Below, piece by piece: positions 1-11,824 of a stretch of 64,000 nt of DNA. The notes below the pieces were generated by a model. The model was not told the origin of the DNA and ran no database searches. It worked only from the letters and a program-made list of their open reading frames with translations. The stretch's first letter is position 1; every line of letters starts with the position of its first letter. The stretch lies in assembly GCA_964106645.2 (NCBI GenBank), contig OZ067051.1; one strand, given 5' to 3'. Position numbers and translations under genes: made by a program. The stretch is from Podarcis pityusensis (lineage: Eukaryota).

Positions 1-59
1 CACATTTCCCCTTCATTTTTGGAGGGGAAAAAGTGCGTCCTATAGAGCGAAAAATACGG
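1..59. mobile_element. Right end of a Tc2/pogo-type MITE, cut off by the window edge
   Basis: Ends ...GTGCGTCCTATAGAGCGAAAAATACGG followed by TA. Same terminal and subterminal sequence as the elements at 1932, 12371 and 55540. Confidence 0.85.
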
Positions 60-1743
60 TAGTTCATCTTGTGTCTGTTACTTGAAATCAGTGCAGAGTT
101 ATCAAAATGCTGCCAATAGAACTGATGGGGATGATACTTAGTCTGCTTGTGAGACTGAGAAGGTTTAAACACATGTTTCTACAGCAGTTTGCATTGTCTT
201 TCCTGTGAGACTAGACAAGAATCACATTGAACTATAAAGCTTTGCTGTTAGCCAATAGGAAGAGACCCAAGCAAAGTTATTCTAGATAATGTGTTGCAAG
301 TAAATGTCCATATTGCACCTTCCAGATTTATAGTGAAAGCAATTCTATTATATTTCTATTAGCTCAGTCTGAATTCACCTACTAGCTATTTGCAGATTCC
401 TGTCAAAGAAATATCACAAATGAAGGGGGCTTTGTGATGGAATGCTTTAATTACAAAAGCGTCATTTTTGAGATCTGAGTTTGTTTGATATGTAAGCAAC
501 TGATGCTGGAGGTTGGGATGCAAATTATGTAATGTCAACACATTTTACCACATTTGTGTATGCTTTTACATTTTCAGTAAAAAAAGAAAAAGAAAGTGAT
601 ATATCTTAAGAGAGTTTACGTTTCTTTGCTAGGATGAGTTCAGGTAGCAGTCCTGCTCTCTACCTTGTTGCATTGGAGAAATGCATTTTTCCATTGAGTG
701 TCTAAGAATAAGCATTGGTGTTCTGCTCCATGTGCAGCTGATTCCCAGGAAAATTTCATTTTCTGGTGGTAGGCTGCAGTGATGTCTATTCTTGTTATTC
801 TCCCCACCCTGGGGAGTCTGCCAGGGCTGATTACCCCCATACCAGCCCTTTGTTAAAAACAATGCTGAAACAAAGTTTTTAAAAAATCACCTAGGTTTCT
901 GGTGCTTTGCATTTATCAAACATTTTAGTTTGTTCTTTATAAGTGTTGTGCCCAAAGCAGTCAGGCAGAGGTTGTTTTTCAGCAGTGGTTAAATGCACTT
1001 CCCTGAGTCTCTGCATATTCTATGCTACCTCCTAAGGGTCTCTTATAAATTCTGGTTGATTATTGCCTTTTCCCTGTAACCTCTTGCTAATGGCAAACAA
1101 ATTCAAGCTGGGCAGTAAAAGCTTAAAGTGTGTTTTATTAAGAGCAGCTAAAACTGCTTAGCCAGTTGTTAAAATTGCTAGCCAAAGTGTAAAATTCACT
1201 GATGCAGCCAATATTAACCTTTTCTTCATGGTTGATATCAAGAATCTTGAGAAGCATGTTTTGCTTAGTATCTTAAAAGAAATAAAAATAATTGACTGTG
1301 TATATTTTTTTAAATGGGTGTGGATCATGATCCCACACAGAGAAAATGTTGTTATTTCATTTATTAATTGCCTGGGCTGATGTTTTTGTTGACAGAACAG
1401 TTTTATGTAAGTATCTCTTCATGCTGGACACAGTCATGCACTAATTTTTATGCAAGGAGGGGAAACAAAAAATGATCAAGATACCCTTTTGAGTACAAAG
1501 AGACCAGTAACTGCCACTGACGCTAAAAGCTCTTTCAAGTTAAAACTTTCATGTTCTCCAAGACACTATAATTAGTTCAGATTCCAAGTGTCAAGTTCTC
1601 CTTTTAGCTGCAATATTTTATTCTGCCTTAAGTGACATTTGAATGCCTGTATTTTAACTCTTCCATTGTTTCCAAATTCCCAGGAGAACTTCCTGTGCTT
1701 CTTAAGAGCAAATCTAATCACATAGTGCCCAGTGAATAATGGG

Positions 1744-1857
1744 ATAACAGAACTGTAGAGTTGGAAGGGACCATGAGGCTCTTCTAGTCCAATCCTCTGC
1801 AAGGCAGGGATCTTTTGCCTAATGGGGGCTCGAACCCACGACCCTAAGAGCTATCCA
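1744..1857 (-). mobile_element. tRNA-derived SINE with CR1-like tail (Squam2/P.s.1-type), internally deleted
   Basis: Minus strand reads GGATAGCTC..GGTCGTGGGTTCGAGCCC (B box), then a CR1-type 3' end GGTCCCTTCCAACTCTACAGTTCTG. Confidence 0.7.
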
Positions 1858-1931
1858 CAGAACTGATGAGATGAGATGAGATGGAGAAGAAAGAAATGGC
1901 TTATAATAGTTTCTAAAACATTTAGTATTTA

Positions 1932-2520
1932 CCGTATTTTTTGCTCTATAAGACGCACCAGACCACAAGACGCGCCTAGTTTTTGGAGGAGGACAACAAG
2001 AAAAAAAATATTCTGAATCCCAGAAGCCAGAACAGCAAGAGGGATCGCTGTGCAGTGATCCCTCTTGCTGTTCTGGCTTCTGGGATAGCCGCGCGAAGCC
2101 TCTTCAGGGCAGCGGGATGAACCCTAACCCTAATCCTAACCCTAACTGTGCAGTGGTCCCTCTTGCTGTTCTGGCTTCTGGGAAAAGCCCCCAAGAGCTG
2201 TGCTCCCCTTAAAGAGCGCGCGGAGCATGTGTGCAGCTCTTGGGGGCTTTTCCCTGGGGAGGGAGAAGGGCAGCCCATCAGTCCCTTATTCCACCTTGCG
2301 GAAAAGCCCCCAAGAGCCGCACAGACGCTAGGCGCGGCTCTTTAAAGAGCATGCGGCCCTTGCTGGCTTTTGCAGGAGCTGGGGGAAGGGACAGAGGGCA
2401 GCCCGTCAGTCCCTTCCACCACCTCCCGGAAAAGCCCCCAAGAGCCGTGCGGAGCGTGTGTGCGGCTCTTGGGGGCTTTCCCCCGAGGAAAAGGTGCGTC
2501 TTATGGAGCGAAAAATACGG
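1932..2520. mobile_element. Tc2/pogo-type MITE with internal palindromes and telomere-like repeats
   Basis: TA at both ends (1930-31, 2521-22). TIRs CCGTATTTTTTGCTCTATAAGACGCACC / GGTGCGTCTTATGGAGCGAAAAATACGG. 70-bp palindrome at 2017-2086. Repeated AAAGCCCCCAAGAGC / GCTCTTGGGGGCTTT units. Confidence 0.9.
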
Positions 2521-4245
2521 TACTAGTGAAATGCATTGGCAACAGTGGGTAACAGTTGTGATCATGATGGTTTCAGCTATTTATTATGTAGCCATCTTGA
2601 AGTGTAATGGCTTTGTTTAATGGCAAAATTATGGGTCCAACTGTTGAAGCTTGTAGGTTTAAGTTCTAACTCAGAGCAATGTTGAAACTTGGCTTGATAA
2701 TAGGAAAGCTATGAAGACATAAGCAAGATGTGGCTTATTTGTCAATGCTGTAGATTGCCTTTTATGATGGGGGGGTAGATTTCTTTCAGTAGATGGGGAT
2801 TAGTTTGCAAGTGTTCTGTGGGGCCTTCAGAATGGTGTTAATGGCTTGTTTTGCCTGCCTGTAGTTTTGTTTACCTTGATGTGTATTCCTAAAGTGTTTT
2901 TACCTTTTAAAGCCCTTAAACATTTGGTTGGGAGTACTTAATACAAAAGACCCTTCTCCAGGTACCCCAACACCTGAGATTAAGCTGATATTGACAGGCT
3001 AGAGACAGAGACCCTTCTATAGTAGTGCCCAAACTGAGTCCAAATTCCTCCCATAACCACAAAACTTATTGGGCTTAATTCAAGTCCCTGTGGCATCTCC
3101 TATATTCATAATGTTTGGACTACCCACCAGTGGATGTAGTTTACCAAACTTATTTTCACTTCATGTTTCAGGTGGTGATGGGTAATGAACTGTCCTTTGC
3201 TTACAACCTTCCCCCACCCCCCAATGAAATGGAAATATGGCTGAACAATGTTAGTACTGGTCTTGCTACCCCCCTGCCCACACCATGCTTTCATTGCATT
3301 GGCTTTAGCTACCAGAATGATAGGTGAATTTAATGCTGTCATTCTTCTTTTGGCTGTATCTAAAATGAACATTTAACTTACTTAGCATGGCTGGCAGGGG
3401 GTCTGAGCTGCTTTGGCATTCTTAGGTGGGAAAGGCTTCTGCTTAAGAAGTTTCTTGCTGTTCTAAGTGCAACATGCACTGGCTTGACACAGATAGTTTT
3501 GAATGAAATTATGTTCTCCTCTGTTTCTTCCCATGTAATTCTCTGTCTTTCATTGCCCTGATCTTTTATTGTTGAGCAGCCACTTGCAATAAGTAGGGTA
3601 ATTGTTATTAATTCTCAGGTGGTTATATAAAGACTAGCTCTCATACCGATTGTGCAGAACACAACAGAGGAGAGGCTTATATATAAATATGCAGTGCTTT
3701 AAAAAAACAGGATGGAAATATGCTCGTAAATGTGAAGCTTTGATTCTAGCTTCTCTGTAAGTTTTGTCCAGAAGCCTAGGAAGGTGCAGTTTTCTAAGCT
3801 AAGTTTATAGTGAAGTTTCTTTAAAGCTGCAGATAAGTTTTAGAACTTCCAAATTAGGGCCAGGTTTTTGGGTATTTAGCTGCAGCTAATAAAAGTTCAT
3901 TCTCAGACATTTGAGAAGCCTGGATAGATGGACAGACTCTTTCATCTGGCACGTATTTCCAAATCCATGCTACTTTATTACAGGCCAGCTGTCTCTCATC
4001 TTCCTTCCAGGAATGTTGCAGCCTCTCCACCATTCTTACCTTGTGTGTTGCTAGCAACTTGATGCCTTCCTTAGACCTTTGGACGTTGCTACCATACATC
4101 GCCTCATATGAACTTCAGCCCACAATTTATACAAAAAACACTTTAGAGAGCCATGCAACTAACCTCCTATGCAAGGAGTTGATTTTTTTATTTTTTTTAA
4201 CAGTGAAAGCCCAATAGGAAATTGTGCTGCATTAGAAGTCATGTC

Positions 4246-4621
4246 GCGGGACGCTGGTGGCGCTGTGATCTAAACCATTGAGCCACTTGAGCTTGCTGAT
4301 CAGTAGGTCAGCGGTTTAAATCCCCGCGACGGGGTGAGCTCCCGTTGCTTGGTCCCAACTCCTGTCGACCTAGCAGTTCGAAAGCACACCAAAAAGTACA
4401 AGTAGATAAATAGGTACCGCTCTGTTGGGAAGGTAAACAGTGTTTCCTTGCGCTGCTCTGGTTTTGGTGTTCCGTTGCGCCAGAAGCGGCTTAGTCATGC
4501 TGGCCACATGACCCAGAAAAACTGTGGACAAACACCGGCTCCCTCGGCCTGTAAAGCGAGATGAGTGCTGCAACCCCAGAGTCGTCTGCGACTGGACTTA
4601 ACTGTCAGGGGTCCTTTACCT
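4246..4621 (+). mobile_element. Sauria SINE (Squam1), full length
   Basis: Head GGGACGCTGGTGGCGCTGTG, body AGTAGATAAATAGGTACCGC, tail GGGGTCCTTTACCTTT. 14-bp TSD TTAGAAGTCATGTC at 4232-4245 and 4622-4635. Confidence 0.93.
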
Positions 4622-4779
4622 TTAGAAGTCATGTCAGAGATATTCTATTGACTGTTAGTTCCCAAACAGCATGGTGACTGGAAAAGGTTAACTGAAAAAT
4701 TTACATATAAATCTAGGCTTTAGAAAAATATAGTTAAGCTGCACTCATTTTATTGCACTTGATTTCCATTTATGTCTTA

Positions 4780-5098
4780 TATTGGGGATTGGCAGCCTTT
4801 TGCCCTACAAATGATGCTGGACTACAACTTCTGTTATCTCAAATGATTGGCTCAACTGGTTGGGGCTGATGGAACCATTTTATTTATTAAATTTCTATCC
4901 AAGTTTTCTTGCAGCAAATAGCAGAATAGCAGAATACCATTTAAAAATAAAGAAAAACATCAAAAAACTTATAGAAACATTTTAAAAGCATTCAAATACC
5001 CTAATAATTTCAAAGATGCTAGGAAATTTGACAGATCTTTCAGCTATCCTATGCCTTGGTAAATAACATCTGGAGGATCACAGGTTCCCTACTCCTGT
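4780..5098. mobile_element. Degraded hAT-type MITE interrupted by a LINE 3' tail
   Basis: GATGCTGGACTACAACT...GGGGCTGATGG left half and AACATCTGGAGGATCACAGGTTCCC right half flank an A-rich insert starting TTTATTTATT. Confidence 0.5.
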
Positions 5099-5291
5099 CT
5101 AATGTAAGCCGTCACAGACCCACAAAACAACTTCCATTCTGTTATATGTCTTTGGAAAGATCAGTTGGCTATGTCAGTTGAGGAGAATAATAACTTATAG
5201 TTGCACATTTTCTGGTTCAGAAGTGTTATGGGGTTCTGCTTATGGCATCTTTTATTTTTGGATCAACACATCCCTATAATTTGTATGTATT

Positions 5292-5331
5292 TGTGTGTGT
5301 GTGTGTGTGCGCGCGCACACACACACACACA
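5292..5331. repeat. Compound microsatellite (TG)9(CG)3(CA)8, self-complementary
   Basis: Read directly from the sequence. Confidence 0.95.
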
Positions 5332-6613
5332 TTTCTGTTTTTTACCAGTGTTTATACTTGGATACGAATGAAATCCTGTGTGCGCTGTGGCATTGAATCA
5401 ACTGTGTGTAAAATTTCTCCAGCAAAAATGTTCTACTAACTTGCTATAAAGGATTCATTGTCAGAAGTTTCATTAGGAAAAAGTCTTGATTTTAGCTGTG
5501 TGTGGCAAAAAACTCAAATTGTCGAAAGTTGCAGAACAGCTCTCTGCTGCTCTGAAACGTAAATGACTAATGTGCATATTTTATTTCAGCATCTGGGCCT
5601 GAAAAGTTGCATACCAAATTTTGTTTGATTTGATCAACAATGGCTGAAAATTGGGATTTATCATGGAAATGCTGACAGATATGAACATGTGTCAACTAAA
5701 GCGTGTGCCTGACAAACCTTCTTATTGTATGGTGCTGGTGGTGAAATGTTAATTTTTTGCTGCTTTAATTGCATTTTTTCTTTGCTCAATCTAGTCTTTT
5801 CAAAGTCTGGCTGTTTTGGTTGCACTTCAGCTTTGTACTAATTTTTCCTCGAGTATGCAGAAAACTTGTCAGGTGCCTGTGCTGCTTTTTGAGCAGAAGA
5901 GTTTCCTGAAAGCCCTGGATTACCTTTCTTAGTATACAAGGATGAAAAAAGCAGCAGCTGCACTAGCAAGTCCATATTTTGCTGCAGTAATGTGTTCCTG
6001 ACAGAAGATGGTGCCTTCAGCCTTCACTCAGATTCTTCCTAGTCGTCTTCCGCCACTCTTTTTATTTTATTTAAAAAAAACATTTTGTGCTGCACAGCCA
6101 GAATGCTGTCACTAGGATTATAAATTCCGAAGCCAATTAGATAAAAAAATGTTGCAACTGAAAGCGAAGAAGCTAAAAGCTGGTGAATATCTTCATGTTA
6201 GTGTGCCAGCCTTGGAGAGCAGTTTCTAGGGAGCGCTCAGATGTGAGCTTTCTACACTGCTTTCAACACTGCTTTCTACACTTTTGCACAACATAGATCT
6301 GAAGCATCTGCCGAATTAACTGTGTGAGGGAACTTGGAGTAAGGCGTGATGATTTAAGGGTTTTATTAGATTCCATAGGACAGTAGCTTGCACAACTAAT
6401 TTAATTAATTAATTTAGAGAACGTTCATAGACCACTTAATCAGAAAAGTAAGCAGTGTAAATAATATGGCTACCGATAAAATGCAGATAAAATCAGCAAA
6501 ACTGTAAAAACAGCAACAGTATATATAAATAGTATACATAAATAATTTTCAATAAAACACAATCTGCAAAACTTGTTAAAACAAATATATATCTAAATTA
6601 TATGTCTGAGTAT

Positions 6614-6940
6614 GTCTAAACCACTGAGCCTCCTGGGCTTGCCAATCAGAAGGTTGGCGGTTCGAATCCCCACGGCGGGGTGAGCACCTGTTGCTCGGTC
6701 CCAGCTCCTGCCAATCTAGCAATTCGGAAGCATGCCAAAAAAGTGCAAGTAGATAAATAGGTACTGGTTTCAGTGTTCTGTTGTGCCAGAAGCGGCTTAT
6801 TCATGCTGGTCACATGACCCAGAAAAACTGTCTGTGGACAAACACCGGCTCCCTTGGCCTGTAAAGCGAGATGAGCGCTGCAACCCCAGAGTCGTCTGCG
6901 ACTGGACTTAACTGTCAGGGGTCCTTTTCCTTTACCTTTT
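6614..6940 (+). mobile_element. Sauria SINE, 5'-truncated with an internal deletion
   Basis: B box GGTTCGAATCC. Near-identical to the 4246 copy over its 3' half. Tail GTCCTTTTCCTTTACCTTT. Confidence 0.92.
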
Positions 6941-7226
6941 AGACTTACTGAACTAAAAGTTTACTGCAGATGTCTAAAACAGGTCTAAAACAGTACAGCA
7001 AGGGTGCCTGCCTAATGTCAATAGGCAGAGAGTTCCAAAGCATAACTGGAGCTGCTACACTGAAAGATTGACTCCTTGCCAATGCTGAACAATATATAGC
7101 ACTTTCACAGTTCCATAGATGGAAGCCATTAAATAGGTATATATGGGGCAGTCTCTCAAGTGAACTGGTCCCAAGCCACTAAAGATTTTATATATGAATA
7201 CTAAAAACCTGAACTTGCCCCAAAAA

Positions 7227-7388
7227 TCAGGTAGGTAGCTGTGTTGGTCTGATGCAGTAGAAATATATACAAAAAATTAAAAAATTGTCCAGTAGCACCT
7301 TAAGAGACCAGCTAAGTTAGTTCTTAGTATGAGCTTTCGTGTGCATGCACACTTCTTCAGATACACTCAAATACACTCAGATACACTT
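7227..7388 (-). mobile_element. Short non-autonomous Penelope-like (Neptune-type) terminal-repeat unit
   Basis: Plus-strand motifs GTAGCTGTGTTGGTCTG, TCCAGTAGCACCTTAAGAGACCA, GAGCTTTCGTG...CACTTCTTCAGATAC. 12-bp TSD TTGCCCCAAAAA at 7215-7226 and 7389-7400. Confidence 0.85.
7327..7364 (-). ncRNA. Minimal type I hammerhead ribozyme motif
   Basis: Minus strand: GUAU-CUGAAGA-A-GUGUG(CAUG)CACAC-GAAA-GC-UC^AUAC. Core boxes CUGANGA and GAAA, helix I GUAU/AUAC, helix II hairpin, helix III reduced to palindromic AGCU. Confidence 0.75.
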
Positions 7389-8447
7389 TTGCCCCAAAAA
7401 GAAAGTGGTATCCAGTACAAATATTTGAGCAGAGATGTAATATGCTGACAGGAGATTTCACTCTTGGCAGCAACTGTTGTGCAGCATTTTTCATTAACTG
7501 CAAGGTAAGTCTTACATAGAGTACATTGCAGCAATTCAGTCTTCACATTACTGATGGCTGGACTACTATAGTCAAGCTATGATGGTCCAGGAATAGTTGA
7601 TGAAGCTAGTAAAGATGCTCCTAGTTCTGAGGGCCTCCAATGACAAAGCTGGATCCAGGAGCAACCCAGGTTGCATACTTGCTCAGAGGGAATGCAACCC
7701 CTTCCAGGGCAGGTAGTTGGCCTGTTTCTCAGACACATGAGCCACTCAGGCACAGCACTTGCTAGCTAAACCAGCCTTTGACTGTGCCCACCTGACATTT
7801 TCAAGAGGAGGAGTGGGAGAAGAGACCCCAGCAAAGCTGACCTTGGTCCCATGAAGAGTGTTTTTTTAAATTTTCCTCCAAAGTGAGAGGCATGAAAGCA
7901 GAATCATACTACGCTGTAGTACAGTAATGTGGGTTGCTTATGACCATTTACATCTGGCTAGCTTGTGAGAGTTTACTGACCTCGTGTATCATTAGAGATT
8001 GGAGTAATATTTTACGTAAACAGAATTCCACTCCATTAATATTATGCTGACTTGCTGGGTTCTTACACATTTTCTCTCTCTCTCTCTGTGTGTGTAAATA
8101 ATTTACATATTCATGCTTCTCTTAAGTTTTGCTAAAGCAGGTGGAAATGGGTACAATACAATACAAATATTTACTGAGATAAAAGAAGAATCAAATTCCT
8201 TTTGGTGCAGTAAACTTCAGAGTAGCTCTTTCTTGCTTAGCCAAGGATTTTGCAATATTTATAAAAAATAAAACCAAAGTTTGTTCTCTCTTTTAGCACA
8301 TGCACTTGAGAAACATTATATACAGTTTGCGGTCAACCCACAATTTGACGACGTAAATTAAACTGGGGAAAATAACTAAAGATGTGAAGAGAATATGTTC
8401 AAGTTAATGTTAATAATTTTCATTATTAGCACCTGTGCAATATTTGC

Positions 8448-8962
8448 TTAAGAACAAAAGAAGAAACCTTTGTATCATACCAAAGGCCATCCTGTTTTCA
8501 CAGTGGGAAGGCCACAAACAGGAGCTGTGTGCAATAGGACTTCTTACTTGTGATTCCCAGTACTGTAACTGGTATTTAGCGACAAACTGCCTCTGATGGA
8601 AGGTACAGTGGTACCTCTGGTTAAGAACTTAATTTGTTCCAGAGGTCCGTTCTTAACCTGAATCTGTTCTTAACCTGAGGTACCACTTTAGCTAATGGGG
8701 CCTCCCGCCACCACCGCATGATTTCTATTCTGGAGCAAAGTTCTTAACCCGAGGTACTATTTCTGGGTTAGCAGTGTCTGTAACCTGAGATGTCTGTAAC
8801 CTGAAGCGTCTGTAACCCGAGGTACCACTGTAATATGCAGCAATGACTACTAGCTATTGATACTCCCCCTTAAAGCTGTCCTAATTGTTGCCAATCACTA
8901 CATCTTTGGGTGGCAAATTTCCTGTGCACTGTGTGAAGAAGTACTTCCTTTTGTTTGTCCTG
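8448..8962 (-). mobile_element. CR1-type LINE 3' relic interrupted by a Tigger-type MITE
   Basis: TAAGAAC tail, CATCCTGTTTTCACAGTGG and TGTGTGAAGAAGTACTTCCTTTTGTTTGTCCTG, typical of squamate CR1 3' ends. Confidence 0.65.
8606..8830. mobile_element. Tigger/pogo-type MITE, family A
   Basis: TA|CAGTGGTACCTCTGGTTAAG ... GTAACCCGAGGTACCACTG|TA. Confidence 0.92.
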
Positions 8963-10285
8963 GTTGCTAAACTCAGCTGGTCATGCTCATTTAAGTTATT
9001 TTCTTGAGACTTTGGGTCTGTATGTTTTTATAGCAATGAATAAGGACTGTTCTGCTGGATCATATGTGCTGAACACTTAGGAAGCATGAAACCTCTAAAT
9101 TCTTCCAGCCTGATGTAAATACCTGGTTTTCTGTATTGGACTTGTCAACAGAGCAAAATATTCTACTTGATGTTGCACTTCAGAATCAAACTCTATCCTG
9201 CTCTAGTTCTTATTTCTGTTAGGATATGGCTGCTTATGGCACCAGCCTGGTCCTTTCCTAGTTTTGGTATGCCAGTTGATTGACTATTCAGATTTTGTCC
9301 GGTGTTCAAATGCTTCTAACATTAATTTATTAAAGCTGAACCAAAGAGGCAAGCTTATGCTAACTCTAATAAAATCAAGATGGTCACTCTGTTATGAAAC
9401 AATGGCATTAAATTCCAATCATGTTGGAGCAAGTGATCTTTCGTTCAGTTATTCCCCCCCCCCCCCCGTTGTGATGTGTTATTAAGCTCCTGCCTTCTGC
9501 ATCTCATGGTTGTAATTATACAAACTTCCTCACCCTCCTTGTTAGTAGTTTGGATAGGGACATACCTGTGAAAGATAAATATTTATTGCAAACCGGCAAA
9601 GAGTTGACAAAGGGTAACAATTCATTGCTGTTTTTGATTATTAACAATGTGACAGCATTACAGAGAATTTAAAAAGACCTTTCCATGTGTGACTTTGTGT
9701 GAAACACTGCATTGGAGCAATAATTTTATATGAGAAGCCCAGATGAAATGGCAGAATAGGTGTACTAAGGTTCCAGCATGGAATGAAGAAATCGGTTTCA
9801 TTGATTTAGAATAATTTCCAGAACATGCATTTGATTATTGCAAAGCACTTTCAGCTCAGTTGCTTAGTGCTTTGTGGGTTTTCTGGAAATGTACCTTTTG
9901 AGAAGGGTTTTCAGGATAATTCATTCCTGGTCTTCATCATTTTGGTGCAGTGCATCCAAGGATAAACATGCTCAGCTAAAAGAAACTATTTTATGTCTTT
10001 GAAACTTGTGAAAATAGTATTTATATTATGCACCACGTATATAGTTCTAAAGGTCAGGTGCTTTTTCACATGAGGGCTATTTCTCTTTCCCATCAGAGAA
10101 GGCCCATTGTGATTCACTAGTTCTAGAAGTAACATGTTTTGCAGCTTAAAACAAAGAGGAGAAGCAGAGATTTTGACAGTGGTTATTCTGTCATAGGCAG
10201 ACCTTAGTTTAGGGTTAGCCAGTGTTGTTGAACTCTAGCTCCCATCATCCAGCATGCTTAGCAGTTGGGGATGATGGGTGTTGTA

Positions 10286-10527
10286 CAGTGGTACCTTGGG
10301 TTACAAACACCTCGGGTTACAAACACTTCGGGTTACAGACTCCGCTAACCTAGAAGTAGTACCTTGGGTTAAGAACTTTACCTCAGGATGAGAACAGAAA
10401 TCATGCGCCAGCAGCGTGGTGGCAGTGGGAGGCCCTATTAGCTAAAGTGGTACCTCAGGTTGAGAATAGTTTCAGGTTAAGAATGGACCTCCGGAACAAA
10501 TTAAGTTCGTAATCAGAGGTACCACTT
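10286..10527. mobile_element. Tigger/pogo-type MITE, family A, nested in a hAT-type MITE
   Basis: TA|CAGTGGTACCTTGGGTTAC ... AGAGGTACCACTT|TA. Flanks rejoin as GATGGGTGTTG-TA-GTTCCGGAGGGCACC. Confidence 0.9.
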
Positions 10528-10720
10528 TAGTTCCGGAGGGCACCACATGGGCTACTAGTGACACTTTTAATCTCTTGATTATCCTTTGTCCTAGCAGTTA
10601 TTGGTTCACTGGGTAAAACGAAGGGGATAGCAGACATTTTTGTCTTGTCCCTCTAGGTAACTTAAATATACTTGATGAAATGCCATTCATGAAAACCTCT
10701 GCTTTGGGATCAGTATAAAT

Positions 10721-10856
10721 CAGGCACCCCCAAATTTGGCCCTCCAGATGTTTTGGGACTATAACTCCCATCATCCCTAGCTAACAGGGCCAGTGGTCAG
10801 GGATGATGGGAATTGTAGTCCCAAAACATCTGGAGGGCCAAGTTTGGGGATGCCTG
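10721..10856. mobile_element. 136-bp hAT-type MITE
   Basis: Long near-perfect inverted repeat CAGGCACCCCCAAA...TTTGGGGATGCCTG. 8-bp TSD GTATAAAT / GTACAAAT. Confidence 0.92.
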
Positions 10857-11824
10857 GTACAAATAGTTTGGACCCTAGTTGTGAATTTCTTTCACCATCT
10901 TTCATTTGGAAGCCAGCTAATTCACATTCTTTCCTCTCCCCACTCCCCGGCTGTTCTAGTCTTACCCCTAGGGTGAGCAAGCCCAACTATAGTTGCCCAG
11001 AGGGAATGCCTTTGCCCTCATCACACCCTGAAGCTGTGGCAGAGCTCTTGCTCTTCTCCACAGATGGGACTAGTTGGTCAAACATTCTGGCTCCTCAACA
11101 AGCTGCTGTTCACTGCTTTTTGTATAAAACAAAGAAGACCTCTGCTCTGAGAAGTTGGGCAGTATTGTGTGCATAGTACACAAAACTTTCCCATCAAAAT
11201 ACAGCAGCGTAGGCCTGTATACTGTATTGTTTTTTTCCTATTGCACTTTTCAGTAGCCATACTGTGTTACAATTTTCATTATACCACTAGGTTAGGCCGA
11301 GAGAGAATGACTTAAGCAAGGCAACCCTGTGAATTTTGTGGATTTGAAATTAATATGCCTTCGCTCCACTCCAGTGTTTCTTGTGCTCTATATCACAGTC
11401 TAGAAAGAAGGGATCTCTGTGCAAGTATCTTGGGAAGCAATGAGATGGTGCTTACCCTAACATGGCATTGGAGCAAGGTATTGCTGCCCTTCTCCACTAG
11501 TATGAGATCTGTGATTCATGTTACAAATAAGCTTACATAAAGGCACAGGTCAGCTTGAGTAGCTTAGCCTTCATACAACAGAAGAATTGAAGCTCTGTGA
11601 CTCTTGTTATTCCTTCATATCCAGTATGTATGGATAGGAATTATGTACTGTACTTGAATCCGTAACTCTTGTTTCCTTCAGGTAAGAGTTGCCACTTGAA
11701 ACCACAATAGAATGTTAAGGTCTGATTACACAGGTCAATATTTTTCTTTGCCTAGACCATCTGTGCGTTGTCTTTCTCTTTTCATTGTGCCTAGAACCAC
11801 GTGCATGAGCTGAGTTTCCCTTTA

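Larger units (their letters stand above)
6398..7760 (-). mobile_element. Old L2-clade LINE 3' relic hosting a Sauria SINE and a Penelope-derived unit
   Basis: Minus strand near 7510-7575 encodes VVQPSVM*RLNCCNVLYVRL, a decayed form of the L2 motif HALVTSRLDYCNALYxGL. AT-rich tail near 6400. Confidence 0.65.
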
